Shown: positions 8,985 through 17,936 of the stretch, piece after piece
Position numbering within the stretch: position 1 is the stretch's first letter
Layout: each line of letters opens with the position of its first letter
Source: Nitrososphaeraceae archaeon
GTDB lineage: Archaea; Thermoproteota; Nitrososphaeria; Nitrososphaerales; Nitrososphaeraceae
Length of the DNA: 24,369 nucleotides
Direction: 5' to 3'
Assembly (NCBI GenBank): GCA_035297365.1
Contig: DATGZA010000080.1
Span: 1 to 24,369 of the forward strand
Program-made: the position numbers and the translations under genes
The notes under the pieces: model-generated
Databases searched by the model: none
Seen by the model: the letters and a program-made list of their open reading frames with translations, nothing else
What the model was told of the DNA's origin: nothing

Positions 8985-9827
8985 TTATTTTTCTATTGGA
9001 TTTGCTATCATATTTCCCCATTCTGTCCAAGACCCGTCATAATTCTTTACATCTTTATAACCCAACAAATGTTTTAAAACGAACCATGTATGAGATGAAC
9101 GTTCTCCTATTCTACAATATGTAATTACTTCTTTGTCCGGCGGAATTCCAGCTGATTGATATAGATTTAAAAGATCATCGGCAGATTTGAATGTTCCATC
9201 CTCGTTTACTGCCTTAGCCCATGGAATATTTACAGCACCGGGGATATGACCTCCTCTTTGTGCATGTTCAGTTGGGTATTCGGGAGGTGCAGTGATCTCA
9301 CCACTAAATTCTGCGGGACTCCTTACATCAATTCTTACAGTCTTTTCAGATTGTAAAGAGTCTTTAACCTGATTTAAAAAAGACCTTAAATTTAAGTTAG
9401 GTTCACCAGGGACTATATTTCCAATAGTAAATGTAGGAATCTCTTTTGAAATTTGTCTGTCTTCTTCTAGCCATTTTTTCCTACCTCCATTCATTATTTT
9501 AAGGTTTTTCAAACCGTAATATTCAAACACCCAAAAAGCGAAAGCAGCGAACCAATTGTTAAAATCACCGTATAAAACTAAAGTGGTATCGTCATTTATT
9601 CCAGCTTTTTGTAGCAAGTTCAAACAATCTTCCTTTGAAATAATGTTTCTTGTATCCGGATCATTGATATCATTCTTCCAATCAAATAATACAGAATTTG
9701 GTATGTGGCCAAGAAAATAATTTGTCTTTGGATCATAATCCACCTCAGCTATACGTACTTTGTCATCATTAAGGTGTTCTTCTACCCACTTTGTATCTAC
9801 AAGTACATTAGGATTAGAGTACTCCAT
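8985..9827 (-). CDS. Two-domain rhodanese / thiosulfate sulfurtransferase (CysA/SseA type)
   Basis: GHIPNSV, NGGRKKW, DVRSPAEFSG, GGHIPGA, active-site loop YCRIGERS, C-terminal YDGSWTEWG. Confidence 0.93.
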   Translation of the reverse strand: MEYSNPNVLVDTKWVEEHLNDDKVRIAEVDYDPKTNYFLGHIPNSVLFDWKNDINDPDTRNIISKEDCLNLLQKAGINDDTTLVLYGDFNNWFAAFAFWVFEYYGLKNLKIMNGGRKKWLEEDRQISKEIPTFTIGNIVPGEPNLNLRSFLNQVKDSLQSEKTVRIDVRSPAEFSGEITAPPEYPTEHAQRGGHIPGAVNIPWAKAVNEDGTFKSADDLLNLYQSAGIPPDKEVITYCRIGERSSHTWFVLKHLLGYKDVKNYDGSWTEWGNMIANPIEK

Positions 9828-9923
9828 TAGTAATATAATTAAAACGCTGTTATAAAAATTAAATCTTCTAAAATCCTTTCTGTAGTTAAATTAAGTTAAA
9901 TATCTGAAATTTACATTTACAAT

Positions 9924-10253
9924 ATGGATAAATTAGATTATATTTTTCAAATGCAAAAGGATCTAGAAAAATATGTTACTATTTCTAGATATCCTAAAAA
10001 ACTAGAGGATAGAATTTCAGCTTTGTCTGTAGCAATAATTCATGAAGCAGTAGAGCTTCAAAGATTAACAAATTGGAAATGGTGGAAAACACCATTAGAT
10101 TTTGATCTTAAACTTGCAAAAGAGGAATTGATAGATATACTACATTTCGTTATACAAGTTTCAATAGAACTAGGAATGAGTCCTTCCGAAATATTACAAG
10201 AATTTTCAAGAAAACATTCTGTAAATATGAAGCGACAAAAAACTAACTACTAA
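9924..10253 (+). CDS. All-alpha dimeric dUTPase / MazG-like NTP pyrophosphatase
   Basis: HEAVEL...WKWWK...EELIDILHF...K..VN..RQ..NY motifs. Confidence 0.8.
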   Translation: MDKLDYIFQMQKDLEKYVTISRYPKKLEDRISALSVAIIHEAVELQRLTNWKWWKTPLDFDLKLAKEELIDILHFVIQVSIELGMSPSEILQEFSRKHSVNMKRQKTNY

Positions 10254-10743
10254 CTACTATCGATTTTATTTTTCTAAAGTCTGTTAATCCGATTTTGTCT
10301 ATTAATTCTATTTTATTTCTAAAATTTTCGATCTGTTCTTCTGTGCAGGATAAAATAGGATATGGACCTTTAGCACCAATTATTCTCTTTTGTCTATTAA
10401 TTCCATTTTTTTTCAGAGAAATCAGAGCCTGACCTGAGAAATGTCCTCTAACGTCTTTACCACACATTAAAATAGTGTGTATTTTTTTATTTTCTTCCGT
10501 AAATTTTATGATCTGATCTATTCCTCTATTCTCCGAAAGTAGTCTCCCGACTATTGATATTTTATTCATAATTTCACGATCTTTTCCAATTTTTTCTAGT
10601 AGTTTCAAACTAGATAAAGTACAAATTGCAATATGACTCCCGTTTCCAAGAAAATACTGTTTTTTAATTGGAATTAAATAATAACAACAAATTCCAAGTA
10701 TTTTGTCGAATTCAGATCTTATTGAGGATCTTTCTTTACTCAT
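10243..10743 (-). CDS. Stand-alone MtrA-like corrinoid-binding protein
   Basis: AICTLSS, GRLLSENRGIDQII, CGKDVRGHFSGQAL (conserved cobalt-ligand His of MtrA), NGI..KRIIGAKGPYP. No C-terminal membrane anchor. Confidence 0.82.
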   Translation of the reverse strand: MSKERSSIRSEFDKILGICCYYLIPIKKQYFLGNGSHIAICTLSSLKLLEKIGKDREIMNKISIVGRLLSENRGIDQIIKFTEENKKIHTILMCGKDVRGHFSGQALISLKKNGINRQKRIIGAKGPYPILSCTEEQIENFRNKIELIDKIGLTDFRKIKSIVVSS

Positions 10744-10772
10744 ATTTTCAGAGTTTGTGTCGCATGAAATTG

Positions 10773-11738
10773 TTAATTGTTCTTGATTTCCTGCTTTCTT
10801 CTTTTTGATTGAATTATTCCCATCAACTGAAAACCATATTCTATGTTATGTTTAACATGATTTATACCATGTTTTCCCTTAGGGGCAAAACCTCCATCTA
10901 ATACTTTTTCCAAGTATAATTTTGTTTTCTTTATAGAATTGGCAGCGTGTTGTAATTGACTTTCGGATAATTTTCTTCCTGCTTCTCTTTCAATAGCATC
11001 ACTAAATTTCTCTGTTTCAATTAATTTATTGAATTCCTGAATCTTTTGATAGTTATTGCATAACTCCATTACTTTTTTCTGGTCAGATTCTTGTAAATTT
11101 GAATATGAATTCTGTAAATCCTTTTCATTTCTTTCAGTTACTTGTTCTAATATTTTGATTATTTGATTCTTAATAGAAACACCACGGGCACCTTGTAAAT
11201 CAAACGACCTTATCTTCAGGAGCTGTTGTTCCAAGTTAGACTTTGAATTTTGATAATAGTTATTTATTGAAAATAAATTGACAGAGTTTCCTTCTATATC
11301 TTTTCCATATTTAATAATGTGCATAAGATTTACAATAATTACAGGGAAAATCAGTTTTAGATTTTCATCAAGTTTATAATGATTCTCCATAACATCTCTA
11401 TAAACATTAAAAGTTACAGTATTTACAACATCCTTCTTCTTCTCATCAATTATCCTTGAGAATATTGTTAACAAGTCATAAATTTGTGATTGTGAAAAAG
11501 TGAAATTATTCTTCACAGAATATATTGATATTATCTTTAGAGCATCAAACCATTTGTCAGATGGATTAGACTTTTGATTATTTCTTAGTATTTCTGTAAT
11601 TTCGCTTTTAATATTATTATCGTGAAAATTGAGCAAGTTAAATATATTGGTAATTATATCAGTCATCAAGACCTTTTGGTCATTCCAATTTTGTAAAATT
11701 ACATGTTTATTCCGCACTGGTAGAGAATCACTGTTCAT
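10773..11738 (-). CDS. Hypothetical helical protein (321 aa)
   Basis: Long ORF with ATG start, rich in N/Q/K/I. C-terminal KHGINHVKH His cluster. Confidence 0.7.
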   Translation of the reverse strand: MNSDSLPVRNKHVILQNWNDQKVLMTDIITNIFNLLNFHDNNIKSEITEILRNNQKSNPSDKWFDALKIISIYSVKNNFTFSQSQIYDLLTIFSRIIDEKKKDVVNTVTFNVYRDVMENHYKLDENLKLIFPVIIVNLMHIIKYGKDIEGNSVNLFSINNYYQNSKSNLEQQLLKIRSFDLQGARGVSIKNQIIKILEQVTERNEKDLQNSYSNLQESDQKKVMELCNNYQKIQEFNKLIETEKFSDAIEREAGRKLSESQLQHAANSIKKTKLYLEKVLDGGFAPKGKHGINHVKHNIEYGFQLMGIIQSKRRKQEIKNN

Positions 11739-11885
11739 AATAATCCTTAAGATCTACCTTTTTATACTAAAGATTTCTTTAAAAACCTATTGGAAATTTT
11801 GAGATAATCTAGAAAAAAAGTATTAATTTAAATCAACACCATAATTATATACTAATATTTCGATAGATGATACGATATCCTCAAA

Positions 11886-12419
11886 ATGAAAACAAATGGA
11901 CTTGTATTGATCTATACTGGAAAAGGCAAAGGAAAAACTACTGCCGCATTAGGAATAGTATTAAGAGCTCTAGGACATGGTTTGAAAGTATTAATGGTTC
12001 AATTCATTAAAGGAGAATGGTACTATGGTGAGCTTTCTAGTTCTAAAAGACTGGAACCAGAATTCGAGCTAATAGCAGCTGGGCGAGGATTTATAGGAAT
12101 ATTGGATGATGATCATGAATTTGAAGAGCACAAAAGGGCTGCAACAGACGCAATCGTTCTAGCCAAGGAAAAGATATTGTCGAGAGCATTCGATATAGTT
12201 ATCCTTGATGAAATCAATTATGCCATTAAACTGAATCTCATAACAATTGATGATGTTCTGGAACTCATCGATGTAAAACCCAAAGAGACTTCACTAGTTT
12301 TGACAGGTAATTATGCTCCCAAGGAAATTATACAAGTAGCAGATTTGGTTACTGAAATGAAAGAAATAAAACATCCATATAGATTAGGTGTAAAGGCTAA
12401 GGAAGGGATAGATTACTAA
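11886..12419 (+). CDS. cobO: Cob(I)alamin adenosyltransferase (CobO/BtuR/CobA family)
   Basis: YTGKGKGKTTAALG...RALGHG, VQFIKG, ILDEIN, LTG, ADLVTEM..IKHPY..G..A..GIDY. Confidence 0.94.
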   Translation: MKTNGLVLIYTGKGKGKTTAALGIVLRALGHGLKVLMVQFIKGEWYYGELSSSKRLEPEFELIAAGRGFIGILDDDHEFEEHKRAATDAIVLAKEKILSRAFDIVILDEINYAIKLNLITIDDVLELIDVKPKETSLVLTGNYAPKEIIQVADLVTEMKEIKHPYRLGVKAKEGIDY

Positions 12420-13063
12420 ATATTATTAATCCGTCATTTTCAAAATGTGAAGTTCTATCATAATTCTTGTATTGTCATAGAGAGATCGTCTATTGGAGTA
12501 TAATATTTGTGAAAATTACTAGCAAACGAATTAGCACAAAATATATCTCATTATGCGTTCAACTGCAAAACAAGACCATCCCTAGTTTGATGTTGGAAGT
12601 AATTTTACCTATTTATGATAATTAGTATAAATATACTGTAATTAAAAGTATAATTTAAGTCTAGTTTTGTGATTAGCATTCATGTTAATTCTTGTTTAAT
12701 GGAACTAGTCAATTTGTACTTCATCTAGTTTGAAACTACAAGAAAAAATTGGTTTTATCCTTGTCATCAGAAATTGAAAATATACAAAAACGGCTGAGTA
12801 TACAAATGTAATATCAAAATAATTATTGTTTAGATTTCTATTAAAATAGACTGTTATTGCTTTTAATATGATATCTGATATACGAGTTGCTCTATATGAT
12901 AGCTATATTATAAGTACAAAGCTAACAGAACAATTCGACTAATCAAATTCAAATATATGTTAGATATTAAATTGCATTACAATAGTAGTATTCATTCACT
13001 GAATTATGACCCAGCCTAAAGTAAGTACATAATTAATATGTCGTTTATTAGGGTTAATAAAAG

Positions 13064-13873
13064 ATGGAAGAATTAAAAGATATCCCAGAAGAGGGCGATA
13101 TAGTTTTTGCTAACGTTAAACAAGTTACTAACCATGGTGCCTATGTTTCCTTAGAAGAATACGGCAATATGACTGGATTTTTACATATTTCTGAGATCGC
13201 AACAGGATGGATTAGAAATATCGAAAGATACGTTAGACCTAACCAAAAGATCGTTCTAAAGGTAATTCGAGTAAACAAGACCAGATCTGAAGTTGACTTG
13301 TCCCTAAAACAAGTTTCGGGGGAGGAAAAGAAGTCCAAGATTATTGAAGTGAAGAAAAATGAGAAAGCAAATGCTTTTATGAAAATAATTCAAGATAAGG
13401 CCAATCTCTCAGATGAGCAAATCAGACAAATTGAAGACAAAATATTGACTAAATACGATTATATCTACGACCTTTTTGAAGCAGTCGCAAAAAAAGGAAT
13501 AGAAATACTTACACAATTTGAACTATCTGAAGAAATCATTAAAACGATCGAGGAAGAAAGCAATAAAATCTCCCTCCCTCACGTTGAAATTAGAGGTATA
13601 GTAGAAATTTCCTCTCAGAAACCGAATGGAGTGGAAATCGTCAAATCGATCTTGAGTAGCGTGGAAACAACTAAAGGAAATGTCAAGATATTGATCAGTT
13701 ATATTGCTGCCCCCAAGTATAGACTTGTTGTAGCTGCGGATAATTTCAAGTTGGCCGAAAAAGCTCTTAATACCTGCATAGAAAAAATACAATCAGCTGT
13801 TGAAATGGATGACGGTCACTTTAATTTTACTAGACAAGAGTCTAAAAAAACTCAACAACAATTAATCCATTAA
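13064..13873 (+). CDS. eif2a: Translation initiation factor aIF-2 alpha subunit
   Basis: PEEGDIV S1 domain, GAYVSLEEY, LHISEIATGWIRNI, VDLSLK, APKYR. Confidence 0.95.
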   Translation: MEELKDIPEEGDIVFANVKQVTNHGAYVSLEEYGNMTGFLHISEIATGWIRNIERYVRPNQKIVLKVIRVNKTRSEVDLSLKQVSGEEKKSKIIEVKKNEKANAFMKIIQDKANLSDEQIRQIEDKILTKYDYIYDLFEAVAKKGIEILTQFELSEEIIKTIEEESNKISLPHVEIRGIVEISSQKPNGVEIVKSILSSVETTKGNVKILISYIAAPKYRLVVAADNFKLAEKALNTCIEKIQSAVEMDDGHFNFTRQESKKTQQQLIH

Positions 13874-13874
13874 G

Positions 13875-14036
13875 ATGAAACATATTCTTAGAAAATGTAT
13901 AGCGTGTAATCGTTATTCTCTAAAAATTCAATGTCCTTTATGCTCAAATCCTACAATTGATCCAAATCCCCCAAAGTTCTCTCCGGATGATAAATATTTA
14001 AAATATAGAGTTTCAGCTTATCATTCAGAAAACTGA
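13875..14036 (+). CDS. nop10: H/ACA RNP protein Nop10 (53 aa)
   Basis: Hand translation MKHILRKCIACNRYSLKIQCPLCSNPTIDPNPPKFSPDDKYLKYRVSAYHSEN*: two CxxC pairs plus PPKFSPDDKY. Sits in its usual position after aIF2alpha. Below the ORF-track cutoff. Confidence 0.93.
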   Translation: MKHILRKCIACNRYSLKIQCPLCSNPTIDPNPPKFSPDDKYLKYRVSAYHSEN

Positions 14037-14237
14037 TTATATCTAAACCTTGATTTTCTTATTTTTTTTAATAAACTATTAATATTTTCTTAACAAATTA
14101 TTAAAAATTATAATGGATAAATATTTTCCAATTTATTTTTAATGTTTGTTTGGTATGTTTGTTTGTAAATTCACTGTAAATTCTAACTTTTTAATTTTTA
14201 AACTAACTCAAAAAAAAGGATTGGATGTATTTTTATT

Positions 14238-15071
14238 TTATTTTCCGATGCATATACCACTTGGGTTAGATGTCATACAGTTGTTTTGATCGTATTGGTT
14301 GTTATTAGTGTTGACTGGTAAGCCATTAGCATTGTTTACATCGATAGTATTCATTAGGACGTTGTTAAAGAATACGAAGTTATCGTTACTTTGATTATCT
14401 ACGTAGATTCCATTTTGTGATTCTGTTATAGAATTCAAAGATATGCGTGCATTATCTGAGTTCACTAATGTTATTCCTGCTAAATCATTGTTGAACACGA
14501 TGTTGTTAGCAATTTCGCTTTGTTGCGTAGAGTGTCCTGCAAAACCTATTTGGTTATTCATTATTGTTGACAGTTTTGTTTTAATTACTGAGGCACCAGT
14601 ACTGAATATTCCTATTTGATTGTCCTTTGAAGTTATTTCAGATATTTCGAGATTCTGACATCCTGTACATAACACACCTGCTTGGAATCCTTGGATTGTA
14701 CCATCTACAATCTGCACATTGTTGTGATTAGGAACCATAATACCGACTTTACTAGAATCCTTTACTGCTGGTGTTGTTGCATCGTCTGGTGTTACGTCTG
14801 GTCCTGTAATTGTATGTCCATTAAGGTCTATTTTAATAGAATCAGCTCCTACTATAATACCATCGGTTTCAGTACAAATCAGGTTTGCTGTTAAAACTAC
14901 ATTTGTTGTAACTACCTGACCACATGAAGGACTTGTTGCTAAAGGTGCTGTTTGTTGTGGGGTAACTGATTGGGTCTGAGCACTCAAAGGTATTGGCTGC
15001 ATTGTTATTCCTGCTACTGCAGAAAAAGAGACTATCGCTGCCAACATATATGCCATTAGTGTTCTATTCAT
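14238..15071 (-). CDS. Secreted right-handed parallel beta-helix protein (NosD/CASH-like repeats)
   Basis: N-terminal signal peptide, Q/T/P-rich linker, CGQVVT..VVLTANLIC, IDLNGHTITG, repeated NN..GI.. units, C-terminal Cys pair. Confidence 0.8.
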   Translation of the reverse strand: MNRTLMAYMLAAIVSFSAVAGITMQPIPLSAQTQSVTPQQTAPLATSPSCGQVVTTNVVLTANLICTETDGIIVGADSIKIDLNGHTITGPDVTPDDATTPAVKDSSKVGIMVPNHNNVQIVDGTIQGFQAGVLCTGCQNLEISEITSKDNQIGIFSTGASVIKTKLSTIMNNQIGFAGHSTQQSEIANNIVFNNDLAGITLVNSDNARISLNSITESQNGIYVDNQSNDNFVFFNNVLMNTIDVNNANGLPVNTNNNQYDQNNCMTSNPSGICIGK

Positions 15072-15422
15072 TTAGTAGATGGTTTGGTATTGAGATATTT
15101 ATGTTAATCTATTATTTTTATTATAACTAAGTAAGTACGATATTTAATGTAACTATTTATTAGTACAATTGTTACTTATTATATAACAAAATTACATTGA
15201 GATATGATATATATGTGATATATTTACATTTTAAAAACAAAAATTATGATGCATTATTTTTTTAGTAAACCTTAATAAAAAACCTTTAAAGATTGTGAAG
15301 TCAATTCTTTTTGATATCTTAGATAATTATCTTCTAGATCAGAATCTGAATATTTTCATTTCCTCTTTAGAACTTAATCCAATTCAAAGAATTATAAAGT
15401 AAAATAAGGCTATCGATATCAT

Positions 15423-16454
15423 ATGAAAATAGCCATTGCAGGTGCAGGTGTAGCTGGAAGCTATTTGGGGTTCTCATTGCAGAAAAAAGGACATGATGTT
15501 ACTATTTTCGAATCATCAAAAAAAGAAAATCATTGGGCAGTATGTGCCTGGGGTGCATCAAAAAACGTTCTTGGAATTTTTTCAGAGAAAGTTGGATTAA
15601 ACTTTGACGACTATATTTTTCATATAGGAAAAAAATTACGTATGGATTTGCCAAATAACAAAACAGAATTTTTAGAACTTGATGGACTTGTTACTTACAA
15701 TAAACAAAAATGGGAACAAGATATTTTAAAAAGTATGAATGTAATATATGATCATAAATGTATACTATCATCTTTTCCTTTATCAAGTTATGATTATGTT
15801 CTAGACTGTACAGGATTACATCGATCCTTGTTGCCAAAATCTAAAGAAGACTTTATTATACCTGCGTATGAATTTCTAGTGGAAAATATCGAGAGCGATG
15901 ATGAGTTCTATGTTATAGGTTACAAGGGCGCTAGAGGTTACTTTTGGTATTTTCCTCTAGAGAAGGGTAAAGGTTTTGTTGGAGCTGGAGATATTGATAG
16001 AAAATATTATGGAATAAAGGAATTTTTTCAACGTAACCCTTCCGCAAGAATATTGAAAAAGATAGGAAGACCAATTCGTTTGTCTCCACCAAAGCGAATG
16101 GAACCTTTTTTTCAAAACAATGTGATTGGAATAGGTGAATCAATTGGATGTGTTTTTCCAATGTTGGGCGAAGGGATTATTCCATCGTTGTTTTGTTGCG
16201 AAATATTTCTTAATGTTTTTAATAAGCACCCAGTTAAATTCAATTATAATTCCTATAGGGATCTAGTCTTAAAGAAATTTGACTACTATGATAGCGTATA
16301 CAGGATTGTGAGACTAAAAATGGATAATAAATTAAGTACAATTAAACATTTTCATTTAATGATGAAAATGTATAAACATATGAAAAAGGATGAGAAAAGA
16401 TTTGGATTCGAGATAAATCTTGATAAAATGAATAAACTAGTCAATGCCCTTTAG
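15423..16454 (+). CDS. Geranylgeranyl-reductase-family FAD-dependent oxidoreductase
   Basis: Rossmann GAGVAG, CAWG, DCTG, GYFWYFP (YxWxFP motif), IGESIG.V.P..GEGI. Confidence 0.78.
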   Translation: MKIAIAGAGVAGSYLGFSLQKKGHDVTIFESSKKENHWAVCAWGASKNVLGIFSEKVGLNFDDYIFHIGKKLRMDLPNNKTEFLELDGLVTYNKQKWEQDILKSMNVIYDHKCILSSFPLSSYDYVLDCTGLHRSLLPKSKEDFIIPAYEFLVENIESDDEFYVIGYKGARGYFWYFPLEKGKGFVGAGDIDRKYYGIKEFFQRNPSARILKKIGRPIRLSPPKRMEPFFQNNVIGIGESIGCVFPMLGEGIIPSLFCCEIFLNVFNKHPVKFNYNSYRDLVLKKFDYYDSVYRIVRLKMDNKLSTIKHFHLMMKMYKHMKKDEKRFGFEINLDKMNKLVNAL

Positions 16455-16623
16455 GTTCATGCAATTTAGAGATGCTTAAATTATCCTTGAATAAATATAC
16501 TTTTTATTATTATAGTTTTAAAGTTTTATATTGAATTGATTACTAATATATTGGTCAATATTAAGGTCTGAAAAGATACAGATTTCCAAAAATTTGAGCT
16601 CTTCCAAGAATACTTCTAATACA

Positions 16624-16643
16624 TACACTGGCTAACATAAATT
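16624..16643 (+). repeat. Putative left terminal inverted repeat of the IS630 remnant
   Basis: TACACTGGCTAACATAAATT versus the reverse complement of 17698-17717 (TATACTAAATATTATAAATT): 14/20 identities by manual alignment. Confidence 0.45.
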
Positions 16644-16783
16644 CATAATGTAATGCAATTGTTTTACTACAACTAATTGAGCTGGGTAATTTACAGTCTG
16701 TTTTATTGTGTCCATAACCTCTCCTAAACAATGAGCATATAAAAGAAAAGATCCAAGTATAAAAGAAGAAGCCTCTTTGCGAC

Positions 16784-16811
16784 AAGTGTTATAAAAGAAG
16801 TGTTATAAAAG
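16784..16811 (+). repeat. 14-bp perfect tandem duplication inside the transposase remnant
   Basis: AAGTGTTATAAAAG at 16784-16797 and again at 16798-16811. Confidence 0.9.
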
Positions 16812-17697
16812 AAGAAAAAGCGTTTTAGGTGACATAAAATGAATTAAACAAGTAAAGATGATGAGCTTAAAAGTGGTCCTCAGATTTAATGAAGATAGAC
16901 CAGGTTGATTGAGAGATTATCCACGGGACGGTAGACCTCCATCAGTACCAAAGAATGTAATTGTAAAGATAAATAAGAATTAGACGAGAGTAACACCGGA
17001 ATGAATTTCAGACAGCTAATGGATCAAATATACAGAAAGAACGGAGTTAGATATCAAAAAGTACACATATATCGACTATTAAACAATGAGCTTTTAGTAC
17101 AAAAGTACAACAGAAAAATTTGTCAAAATTGGATCAAACAAGAACAAAATAAAATTCAAAAAGGAGTAAAAAGATTCTGAATTTAAAATCGGACTGCACT
17201 ATCCATCTGCAGGCTGAATCAATATTTCTATAAGATTGTGTAGGTAGTAGAATGAAGAAATAGAATTCCAAAAAATACCTATAGTGACGGTAACAAGCTC
17301 ATGCAAAATAACAATTATGTTTGGTTTTCTATCAATAGATGGTAGAAGTTATTCATAGAATGGGACGAATTCAATAGTATTGTATCTATATATTACCTAA
17401 ATCAGATACAGACAGAAGGATTTAGTAAATTTGTAATGTTTGTTGATAGAGTAACTTACCACTACTCTAAAATCATTAGAAAGTTTCTTGATGAAAATAA
17501 ACATATTAAACTGGATTATATTCCAGTAGGACCACTCCAGTTTAATGCCGTATAAGGATGCTGGACGCAAGGAAAATAGAATACACCTCTTATTATCCTG
17601 TATATGATGATATCAAAATTGCTATTTCTTTCTATTAGAGAACTACAAGATTCAATCTGGATACAGTAAAGTATCTAATAACAACTATAGACTAGCA

Positions 17698-17717
17698 AAT
17701 TTATAATATTTAGTATA
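17698..17717 (-). repeat. Putative right terminal inverted repeat of the IS630 remnant
   Basis: AATTTATAATATTTAGTATA lies just after the transposase C-terminal fragment and ends in TA. Confidence 0.45.
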
Positions 17718-17936
17718 AGTATGTTTCATGTGCTAAAAAAATATGATAGTTTAAAAACAAAAATATTATGGGACTAATATAAATTAAGGCTAGATTTTAT
17801 TTTTTTTAAATATGTTCAAATAATTGGTATTATAAATAAAAATTATTACAAATTTATTAGGAGGAAATAAATTTGTATTTTATTTTTTGAAAACAAAAAA
17901 TTTTTTAATGCTTTCTTAGAATATTGTATGTAACTA

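Larger units (their letters stand above)
16624..17717 (+). mobile_element. Degenerate IS630-family insertion sequence (~1.09 kb), transposase pseudogene
   Basis: Fragments in several frames: AYKRKDPSIKE, FRQLMDQIYRKNGVRYQKVHIYRLL (HTH region), LQAESIF, PIVTVT...FGFLSIDG, MFVDRVTYHYSK, LDYIPVGPLQFNAV*GCWTQGK, RTTRFNLD. These follow the IS630 DDE order. Ends start and finish with TA and form degenerate inverted repeats. Confidence 0.85.

Noticed and set aside
10243-10743. Evidence for methanogenesis
   Set aside because: Only an isolated anchor-less MtrA-like domain; the 16S is thaumarchaeal and no other mtr or mcr genes are present.
14142-14165. ATGTTTGTTTG repeated twice
   Set aside because: Low-complexity T-rich sequence in a convergent terminator region; only two copies, not a CRISPR or iteron array.
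13141-16161. ORFs 13141-13338, 13523-13792, 14682-14894 and 15931-16161
   Set aside because: Each is antisense to a well-supported gene.
16561-16785. 74-aa minus-strand ORF
   Set aside because: Spans the left end of the IS630 remnant in antisense; probably spurious.
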